Source: an uncultured Actinomycetes bacterium (lineage in GTDB: Bacteria; Actinomycetota; Acidimicrobiia; IMCC26256; JACDBD01). From it: a stretch of DNA of 64,000 nucleotides. The notes beneath the pieces are model-generated. The model had not been told where the DNA came from. It worked only from the letters and a program-made list of their open reading frames with translations, and did no database searches. Positions 56,521 through 64,000 of this stretch are shown here, piece by piece. Within the stretch, counting starts at the first letter, position 1. The number at the start of each line of letters is the position of its first letter. The DNA is taken from positions 710,793 to 774,792 of the forward strand of contig CAWAGI010000001.1 in the NCBI GenBank assembly GCA_963781615.1, written 5' to 3'. The translations under genes were made by a program, and so were the position numbers.

Positions 56521-57917
56521 GGCAACTCGACGACGAAACGAGCACCGCCGCTCGGTGCGTCCTCCACTCGCACGGATCCGCCGAGGACGCGCACGTGCTC
56601 GTTCACCAGCGCGAGCCCAAGTCCCGTTCCGGTCCCGCTCCCACGACGCCCGGCAGTCCGCCCCCGGTAGAACCTCTCGAAGATCCGCTCGCGGTCGTCG
56701 GGCGGCACGCCCGGTCCCGCATCGTCGACAGTGATTCGCACGCTGGTGTCGGACGTGTCGACGCTCAAGACGACGAATCCACCGCCGTGCGATCGTGCAT
56801 TCTCGAGCAGGTTCGTGAGCACACGATCCAGCCGTCGCTGGTCGGTGAGAACGCTTGCGTTCGCACAACCCGGCGCGACGTCGACACTGACCGTCACTCC
56901 GTCCGCCTTCGTCGCATAGTGGCGGACAAGATCGGCAAGGGGAACCGGTTCGAGGATCGCGTCGTCGGCGTTGGCCTCGCTTCTACTCAACTCGAGCAGC
57001 GCTTCGACCAGCTGTTGGAAACGCCAGACGTCTGCTACGAGCACGTCGACCATCGAGCGGACACGTTCAGGAAGGTTTTCTCGTTGTCTGGCGATCAGAT
57101 CCGTGCCGGTAACCAATGTCGTGAGAGGAGAGCGCAACTCGTGACTTACGCTCGAGGCGAATCGGGCGTCACGCTCGATCTTTTCTTGCAGTGCGTCGAC
57201 CATTCGATTGAACGAGGTCGTCAATCGAGCCAGATCAGGGTCACCTTCGGTGTCGAGACGTCGCGTGAGATCGCCTTGGGCAATCTCCTCGGCGGCGGCG
57301 CTCACGTGCCTCAGCGGCCGGAGAACTCGGCGGCTCGCCCAGAGGCCGAGCAGCGCCGCGAGCAAGGTCGTCGCCGCGACGGCACCTACGAGCGACCGCC
57401 GAATGACCCCGAGCGTGTCCGAGAACTCGGTGAGCGAAAACACCTGAAAGAACTCGGCGTCCACGGCGGGCACGGGAAGCCCGACGATCAACACGGGGGC
57501 GCCGTCCAACCTCACTCTTTGCCGACCGGGCTCGCCGGATCGGACGAGGCGACGCATCCCCGCCGGGACAACGTCACGACTCATACCGACCGAGGTGCCG
57601 AACCAGTCACGGCCGTGATGCAGGATCACGCTCGAGGTCGACGGAAGCTCCAATCCCGTGAGCGTCATCGAGATCTCGGCGTCAGGCGCCTGCAGACCGT
57701 CACGAATGAGACGAGCATTGAGGTACGCCTGGCGCGTCGCAGACTGTTCACGCTGATCGAGCAGGTACCGCTCCGACAGCTCGTAGGTCACGAGGGCCAG
57801 TACGAGCGCCAGCACCAGTCCACCCAAGGCGAACAGTGCCATGACCCGGACGCGGAGTCCTCGTCGCTGCCGGAGCAGCTGCTGCGGCGGAAGCCGTCTT
57901 CGCTGACGCCGCCTCAC
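56505..57917 (-). CDS. sensor histidine kinase (TM-HAMP-HisKA-HATPase, MtrB-like)
   Basis: 470 aa with the H-box (SSVSHELRSPLT), N-box (LLENARSH) and G-boxes (DDAGPGV, GTGLGLALV). Confidence 0.9.
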   Translation of the reverse strand: MRRRQRRRLPPQQLLRQRRGLRVRVMALFALGGLVLALVLALVTYELSERYLLDQREQSATRQAYLNARLIRDGLQAPDAEISMTLTGLELPSTSSVILHHGRDWFGTSVGMSRDVVPAGMRRLVRSGEPGRQRVRLDGAPVLIVGLPVPAVDAEFFQVFSLTEFSDTLGVIRRSLVGAVAATTLLAALLGLWASRRVLRPLRHVSAAAEEIAQGDLTRRLDTEGDPDLARLTTSFNRMVDALQEKIERDARFASSVSHELRSPLTTLVTGTDLIARQRENLPERVRSMVDVLVADVWRFQQLVEALLELSRSEANADDAILEPVPLADLVRHYATKADGVTVSVDVAPGCANASVLTDQRRLDRVLTNLLENARSHGGGFVVLSVDTSDTSVRITVDDAGPGVPPDDRERIFERFYRGRTAGRRGSGTGTGLGLALVNEHVRVLGGSVRVEDAPSGGARFVVELPWRHN

Positions 57918-58615
57918 CGTCTTTCGAGGCGGTACCCGAGCCCCCGAACAGTCACGATGAGCTCGGGATTCGAAGGATCGCGCTCGACCTTCGTGCGAAG
58001 CCGTCGCACATGCGCGTCGACGAGACGACCGTCGCCGAGATACTCGTAGCCCCAGACGAGCTCGAGAAGTTGCTCGCGACTGAGCACGATTCCGGCGTTG
58101 TCGGCGAGCTCGCAGAGCAGCCGGAACTCCGTCTTCGTGAGCGGCACGTCCCGACCGTCTCGCTTGACCACGCCGGCGTCGGGAAGGATCTCGACCTCGC
58201 CGAGGACGATCCGTCCGATGCCGTCCTGCGCCGAGCGCGCCCGCCGAAGCAGTGCTCGAAGCCGGGCAGCGAGCTCCTTGGCGACGAACGGCTTCGTGAC
58301 GTAGTCATCGGCACCGGCCTCGAGACCGGCCACGACGTCGTGGGTGTCGGAACGGGCCGTGACGATCACGATCGGGACGTCGCTGGCCTGCCGGAGCGAC
58401 CGGCAGAGTTCGAATCCGCTCAGACCCGGCAACATCAGGTCGACCACGGCGAGATCGGGAGCGGTGCGGTCGAAGGCTTCGAGGGCCTCCTCGGCGCTCT
58501 CCGCTTCGGCAACCTCGTACCCCTCCTCCTCCAAGGCCATGCGAGTCAGCGTGCGGATTCCGGGGTCGTCCTCCACGATCAGCACGTGGGTGGCCACAAC
58601 CCGATTCTGTCGCAT
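57914..58615 (-). CDS. OmpR/PhoB-family response regulator (MtrA-like)
   Basis: The sequence reads VLIVEDDPGIR...VVDLMLPGLSG...DDYVTKPF...LTKTEFRLL...VWGYEY...VDAHVRRLRTKVE...TVRGLGYRL. Confidence 0.9.
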   Translation of the reverse strand: MRQNRVVATHVLIVEDDPGIRTLTRMALEEEGYEVAEAESAEEALEAFDRTAPDLAVVDLMLPGLSGFELCRSLRQASDVPIVIVTARSDTHDVVAGLEAGADDYVTKPFVAKELAARLRALLRRARSAQDGIGRIVLGEVEILPDAGVVKRDGRDVPLTKTEFRLLCELADNAGIVLSREQLLELVWGYEYLGDGRLVDAHVRRLRTKVERDPSNPELIVTVRGLGYRLERR

Positions 58616-58741
58616 GTGCAGGCGGGCGTCTCTGTCGCACTCTCGAGAACGTTGTGATCGCTTCGGCGCGGGTCTCGTGACTTCCGTCGATCAGTCGTCG
58701 ACCAGCGCGCACTGGCCCGGGAATCGACACAGAATCGCAAG

Positions 58742-59090
58742 GTGTCCGGCGCGGGGTCGCGACGCCGTTCGCCCCGGGGCATCGTCTTCGATGGGTACCC
58801 ACGGACGCTGGCGCAAGCGGTCGTCCTTCAGCGAGTCCTGCTGCCGGGTGGCCTCGACGCGATTGTCGAGCTCGCCGGAGGGGAAACATCGATTCTCGAA
58901 CGGCTGGTGCGTCGCCGAGGCGAGAGGGCAACCCCGATCGAGCGTCGCGCGTGGGCCTACCGACACCGGACCGTGCCGATGCTGGCTTGGTTCCACCGCT
59001 GTCGGGTCACCCACACGATCGATGCGGAGGGATCCCCCGCACGTGTCCAACGAGACCTCGTCCACCACCTCGCACCTCTGATGAACGCGT
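58742..59090 (+). pseudogene. 5'-truncated adenylate kinase-like remnant (no P-loop)
   Basis: GIVFDGYPRTLAQAVVLQRVLLPGGLDAIVELAGGETSILERLVRRRG...RAWAYRHRTVPMLAWFHRCRVTHTIDAEGSPARVQRDLVHHL matches the C-terminal two-thirds of Adk. The frame is closed by TGA at 58655-58657, and no GxxGxGK motif lies upstream. Confidence 0.5.
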
Positions 59091-59234
59091 CAACGGAACA
59101 CGGGAGGCTATTCGAGCCTGGCCGTCTAGAGTCTGCGCGCAAAGCGGCCATGCCGTGGCGCGATGATGTGGCGTGCGTCCCTTCTGTCCAGGCCGACTCC
59201 TCAGCCGGCCTACAGACGCTCGATCCACACGTCG

Positions 59235-61803
59235 ATGCCGGTAGCACCTGTCATCCACACTCCCGACCAGCGTCTGCGTGTGTTCGTGAGCTCGACGCTC
59301 GCAGAGCTCGCCGACGAACGACGGGCTGTGCGCGAGGCGATCGAGCAACTCCGGTTGACTCCCGTGATGTTCGAGCTCGGCGCGCGACCACATCCCCCTC
59401 GCGAGCTGTACCGGTCGTATCTCGCGCAGAGTCATGTGTTCGTCGGCATCTACTGGCAAAAGTACGGATGGATCGCGCACGGAGAGGACGTGTCCGGTCT
59501 CGAGGACGAATACCGCCTCGCGGGAGAAATTCCGCGATTGCTCTACATCAAGGAGCCCGCCGCGGAACGCGAGGACCGTCTCGGGACGCTCTTCGAGGAT
59601 TTCGCTTCCGACGACCGCGCTTCCTACAAGCGGTTCGCGACCCCCGAGGAACTCGCGGGGTACGTTGCGAACGACCTCGCTCTCTTGCTCACGGAGCGAT
59701 TCGAGAGCTCATCGACTGATCACGACGCCCGTATCGCATCTGACACGCCGGTCCCGGGCACCGACATCATCGGTCGGCAGTCCGAGGTCGAACGCGTCGT
59801 CGAGCAACTCGGCCGCGGTGATCGCCTCGTCACACTGACGGGCATTGGTGGAATCGGCAAGACGAGACTGGCCCTCGAGATCGCCCGCAGGCTCGGGTCT
59901 CCACCCAGCGCGATCTTTGTACCACTCGACACGGTGCAGGAATCTGGCCACGCCCTCCACACGATCGCCGAGCGCCTCGGCGCGCGTCCGCACGGTCGGC
60001 GATCGCCGCGCGATGTCATCGTCGACCACGTGCGCGGCCACGCAACGTGTCTCGTCCTCGACAATCTCGAGCAGATTCCACACGTCGAATCAGCAATCGC
60101 AGAGCTCATCGAAGCCGCACCAGAGCTGCAGATTCTGGCCACGAGCCGGCGCGCACTCCGCATTCGCGCTGAGCACGTAGTTCCGGTTCCACCGCTCCCT
60201 ATTCCGAAGCCGGGGCTCACGAGCGAGTTGCTGGCCGCGGAGCCCGCCGTGCAGCTGTTCCTCGAGCGAGCGGGCGCCATCGCGGCTCGAGTCGACCTCG
60301 ACGCCGACGCCGAGGTGGTCGCGGAGATCTGCCGGCGCGTCGAGGGAATCCCGCTGGCGATCGAGCTCGCCGCCACGCGTACCCGGCTTCTCTCCCCGAT
60401 GGAGCTACTGGAGCGACTCACCGACCGCTTGTCGTTCCTCGCCGTCACGGGCGCGGATTTCCCCGAGCGTCAGCGCACCGTCCGAGCCACGATCGACTGG
60501 AGCTACGAGCTCTTGGGCACGAGTGAACGCATTCTGCTTGCCCGTCTCGGGGTGTTCGCCGGTGGATGGACGGTCGAGGCGGCCGATGCCGTGTGCGGCG
60601 TCGACAGTGACGACGTGCTCGAGGGCCTGGGCCGGCTGCTCGACCAGAGCTTCGTGACGCCAGCCGACGAAACGGGTCGATCGCCACGGTTCCGGATGTT
60701 CGAAACGGTCCGGGGCTACGCCACGGAACGCCTTGCAGAGCTAGGTGAATCGGAGACCATGGCCACGCGTCACCTCGACTACTTTCGCCGGCTCGCGGAA
60801 CGAGCCCAGCCCTCCCTCTGCGGACCGGGGCAGCGCGAGTGGGTGGCACGTCTCAACCCTGAGCGGCCAAACCTCCGACAAGCCACATCGACGGCGCTCG
60901 ACACCGGCCAGCACGCCGTCGTCGTCGAGATCGCGTGGGATGTCATCGTCCTCTACTTCGTGTGCGACGCCGTCGACGAACCAGCCAGCTGGCTTCGGGC
61001 GGTGTCAGGCTCCGAGGTCGAGCTCGACGAGGTGACGACTGCGAAGCTGCGCACGCTGCATGCGCTCACCCGTGTCCACCGTGGCGACTACGCGGGCGTC
61101 CTCGTCGAGCTCGAAGAGCCGTTGCGGGTGTTTCGTCGCGAGCGCATGAACTTCGAAGCGGCAGTCGCCTTGCACCAGCTTGGCTTCGTTCGATACCGAG
61201 TCGAAAACGACGTCAACGACGCAATCGATGCGCTCAGGGAATCATCCGCCCTGTTCGACGGTCTGGGACACGATTGGGGCGTCGCGCTCGCCGAAGCGAT
61301 GCTCGGCAGCATTCTTGCCGCCGAGGGGGATTTGCGCGCGGCGGAGGAGAGTCAGCTCCTCTCGCTTTCGCGCGCTCGCCGCATTGACAACGAACCGCAG
61401 ATCGCCCAGGCGCTCCAGCAGTTGGCGTTTATTCGGCTGCTCGAATCACGAGAGCCTGAGGCCCTGGAGCTCCTCGAAGAATCAGCCGCTCTGCTGCGCA
61501 ACCAGGGGCTCCGCACGGACACGACCTATTGTCTCGACGCCCTCGGCCTGATCGCGCTCGGCGTAGGTGACGTGAGTACCGCCGCCGACGCGGTCACGTT
61601 GGCCGAGGTCGAGCGCGCTCGCCTCGGGGTTTCCGCGTGGCCTTCGCTCGAACCGGCGATCGAGCGCGTCGTCCACGCCGTCCGTCGCCGCATTGGTGAC
61701 GCGGAGTTCGACGAAGCGTCGTCGGTCGGCACAGGATCTCGACCTGTTCGAGGCGATGGACACGACGATCGCTGCGATCCGTTCCGTCGCGGTCGAACGC
61801 TAG
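59235..61803 (+). CDS. STAND NTPase: DUF4062 - NB-ARC/AAA - TPR; frame break ~61713-61734
   Basis: The DUF4062-like N-terminus reads RVFVSSTLAELADERRAVREAIEQLRLTPVMFE...HVFVGIYWQKYGW...EDEYRLAG. Walker A is LTGIGGIGKTRLA and Walker B is CLVLDNLE, followed by a long TPR-like tail. The last 23 aa (AQDLDLFEAMDTTIAAIRSVAVER) and TAG at 61801-61803 are in another frame. Confidence 0.8.
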
Positions 61804-62150
61804 CTGCGCGAGGCGTCGGGCTGAACAACACGGGTCGGGATGGAAAGCCGCCCGCGCGGTTCTGAAGCACCAGAAGATGACCCACACAAGCGCAACGTGT
61901 TGTCATCCGGTGACGATCGGGTCCAAATGTCGCGGTACGACAACGAGCGCGTCATCGCCCCGCAACCATCGGCTGCAAGCGTGACAGTGAGCGAGCTGCG
62001 CCTGCCGTCTCAGGGCGGACCTGAGCTCTTCGGAATGCGGCGATGTGCGAGTCGCATCCGCCGCCAGAGAGGGTCGTGTCGGCCTCACGGGCAAGGCGCG
62101 CGCGGTACGGCGTGGACGGAACGGAGGCTATTCCCCAGGGAGGAGCGACG

Positions 62151-63560
62151 ATGACCACCGAGACGCGGATCGACCGAGTGACGTTTTCCAACGACGACCT
62201 CGAGAGCTTGCGCGCCGCGGTGGACGGCGAAGTGATCACACCTGGCGACCCTGGCTATGACGCCGCCCGGACGGTGTGGAACGGCGTGATCGACCGCCAC
62301 CCCGGCGTGATCGTGCGGTGCACGGGCATCGCCGACGTCGTCGCGGCGGTTCGCTTCGTGGGTGAGCACCCGATGGAAGTGAGTATCCGAGGCGGTGGAC
62401 ACCAGGTCGCGGGAAGCGCGGTCTGCAACGACGGTCTCGTCATCGACCTGTCCCCGATGACCGGCGTGCTGGTCGATCCGGTCGCGCGTACTGCCCGTGT
62501 GCAGGGAGGCGCCCGGTGGCGCGACGTCGACCGTGCCACCCAGGTCTTCGGGCTCGCCACCACCGGTGGCGAGGTGTCGATCACCGGCGTCGCCGGCCTG
62601 ACGCTCGGAGGCGGGCTCGGCCTGCTGCAGCGCGCCCACGGACTGGCGTGCGACAACCTGCGGTCCATCGAGGTCGTCACAGCAGACGGTGCCGTGCGGA
62701 CCGCGAACACGAAGGAGCACCCGGATCTGTTCTGGGCCGCCCGGGGCGCGGGCCGCGGCCTCGGGGTCGTGACATCGTTCGAGTTCGAGTTGCACCCGCT
62801 CGGCCCCGACGTCCGGGCGGCGCAGGTCGCCTACCCGTACGAGGACGCCGAGGCCGCGATGCGGCACTGGCGCGACGCGGCGCTGGCCGCTCCCGACTCC
62901 GTGAGTCCGGAGGGGGTGCTTTGGAGCGTGCCACCCGACCCGTCGATCCCCGAGGAGATGCACGGCATGAAGATCTTCCTCGCCACCGGGCTCTACGCGG
63001 GAGACGCCGCCGAGGCCGACGCAGCCCTCTCGCCGTTCAGCAAGCTCGCGACCCCGCTGATCGACATGAGCGCAACGATGCCGTATGTAGAGCTGCAATC
63101 GTCGCTTGACCCGATGCTGCCCGACGGAGGCCGCTATTACTTCAAGTCCCACTTCATGAACGAGCTCAGTGACGAGGCGATCGCGACCATCATCGAATGC
63201 GACCGCGACCGTCCCAACCCCGAGTCGGTCATCGTGGTCCGTACTCTCGGCGGTGAGATCGATCGTGTCGCTCCGGATGAGAGTGCCTTTCCGCATCGTG
63301 GCGCACGCTTCAACCTGAGCATCGACGCAGTATGGACAGATCCTGCAGACGACCAGCGAGTCATCGAATGGGCGCGCTCGACCTGGGATGCGATGCGCCA
63401 GTTCGCAACCGGCGGCGTGTACGTCAACTTCGCCGGGTTCGACGACGAGGAAGACGTTTCCAGGGAGGACGTTTTCGGCGTCGACTCCGGGCGTCTCGCC
63501 CGAGTCCTCGGCCGGTACGACCCTGACGGCCTCTTCGCGGGAGCAGCCAGTCGCCGTTAG
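62151..63560 (+). CDS. FAD-binding oxidoreductase (VAO/BBE-like)
   Basis: The ATG at 62151 is preceded by GGGAGGAG. The sequence reads ...IVRCTGIADVVAAVRFVGEHPMEVSIRGGGHQVAGSAV...ITGVAGLTLGGGLG...YVNFAG...YDPDGLF. Confidence 0.9.
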   Translation: MTTETRIDRVTFSNDDLESLRAAVDGEVITPGDPGYDAARTVWNGVIDRHPGVIVRCTGIADVVAAVRFVGEHPMEVSIRGGGHQVAGSAVCNDGLVIDLSPMTGVLVDPVARTARVQGGARWRDVDRATQVFGLATTGGEVSITGVAGLTLGGGLGLLQRAHGLACDNLRSIEVVTADGAVRTANTKEHPDLFWAARGAGRGLGVVTSFEFELHPLGPDVRAAQVAYPYEDAEAAMRHWRDAALAAPDSVSPEGVLWSVPPDPSIPEEMHGMKIFLATGLYAGDAAEADAALSPFSKLATPLIDMSATMPYVELQSSLDPMLPDGGRYYFKSHFMNELSDEAIATIIECDRDRPNPESVIVVRTLGGEIDRVAPDESAFPHRGARFNLSIDAVWTDPADDQRVIEWARSTWDAMRQFATGGVYVNFAGFDDEEDVSREDVFGVDSGRLARVLGRYDPDGLFAGAASRR

Positions 63561-63652
63561 CTCCGACGCAGTCCTCCTTCTCAACACCGCGCGGGCGGCC
63601 GACCTGCTTTGCCTACAAACGCGATCCGTGGATCAGATCACCTGCATCTGAG

Positions 63653-64000
63653 TTATGCGTCGTCTTCCAGCTCGTCGAGGATCTCGTCGAGCCGGATGAT
63701 CTCGCGGCGGGTGACCACGCCGACGAATCTCCCGTGCTCCGAGACGGCAAGGAGGTCAGAGCGTGCGGCCTGCATCTCGGCCAGAGCTCTCCCCAGTGTC
63801 CATTCGGTCTCGGCAACGGGAACGTCGGTGCGCATGACGTCGGCAGCGGTGAGTGCCGAACCGTCTTCGGCCGACCCGTCTCCGGATCGATCGGGCGGGA
63901 CGATGCCGACTGCTCTCCCGTCCTCGAGGACAGGGATTGGGAGCGCGCTGGGGAGCTGAGACTGCCCGTTCCACAGCGCCTTCAGCGGCGTGGCGGGCGA
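63653..64000 (-). CDS. CBS-domain protein, 3' part (continues beyond window)
   Basis: The frame is open to the window edge: ...LPIPVLEDGRAVGIVPP...VMRTDVPVAETEWTLGRALAEMQAARSDLLAVSEHGRFVGVVTRREIIRL. Confidence 0.7.
   Translation of the reverse strand, partial: SPATPLKALWNGQSQLPSALPIPVLEDGRAVGIVPPDRSGDGSAEDGSALTAADVMRTDVPVAETEWTLGRALAEMQAARSDLLAVSEHGRFVGVVTRREIIRLDEILDELEDDA

Noticed and set aside
59104-62134. 11-12-nt direct repeat (ACGG(G)AGGCTATTC) on both sides of the STAND gene as possible insertion-site duplication.
   Set aside because: Matches of this length are expected many times by chance in 64 kb, and no further flanking similarity exists.

Overview
High-GC, Actinomycetota-like chromosomal window. 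I counted GC by hand on a few 60-nt lines: about 70-77% in the left 37 kb and about 48-63% between 37 and 52 kb. The taxonomic call rests on a WhiB-family gene, an LAxTG-type sorting signal, LLM/F420-type and FadE-type enzymes, and GTG starts with 4-nt start/stop overlaps.

Left 37 kb:
- a secreted N/Q-rich tandem-repeat protein next to a proline-rich LAxTG-type surface protein
- a 4-gene carbohydrate ABC importer
- a multi-PAS/GAF hybrid histidine kinase with a REC-EAL partner
- a lipid/steroid-style catabolic cluster (CoA-transferase, acyl-CoA dehydrogenases, LLM oxidoreductase, thiolase, P450, amidohydrolase, SDR)
- a phosphoketolase-acetate kinase operon
- trpD, a WhiB-family gene, a CaCA antiporter, a universal stress protein (USP), and TerC behind a yybP-ykoY-like leader
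- RNase P RNA (rnpB)

Most notable structure: the last 33 nt of rnpB recur as a perfect direct repeat 14.7 kb downstream (37102-37134 and 51830-51862). The repeats bracket a lower-GC block with no integrase that I can find. The block carries stress/dormancy-type genes: DUF2252, AraC, DUF6325-like x2, PPK2, PLDc_N, DAG-kinase, MFS, a wrecked GH15, and tiny TM peptides. It also holds two families of conserved non-coding leader elements in 3 and 2 copies.

Right 12 kb: FAD monooxygenase, epimerase, hydrolase, an MtrAB-LpqB-like trio, a 5'-truncated adenylate-kinase remnant, a DUF4062-NB-ARC-TPR STAND NTPase, a BBE-like FAD oxidase and a CBS protein.

Across the window at least 11 otherwise well-conserved genes change reading frame. 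Nine of the ten single-break genes have length 3n+1, and many junctions sit on short GCGCG tracts. I cannot tell assembly indels from real pseudogenisation using the sequence alone.

I found no rRNA, tRNA, CRISPR array, transposase or integrase. All family names come from my own reading of the translations; no database search was run.
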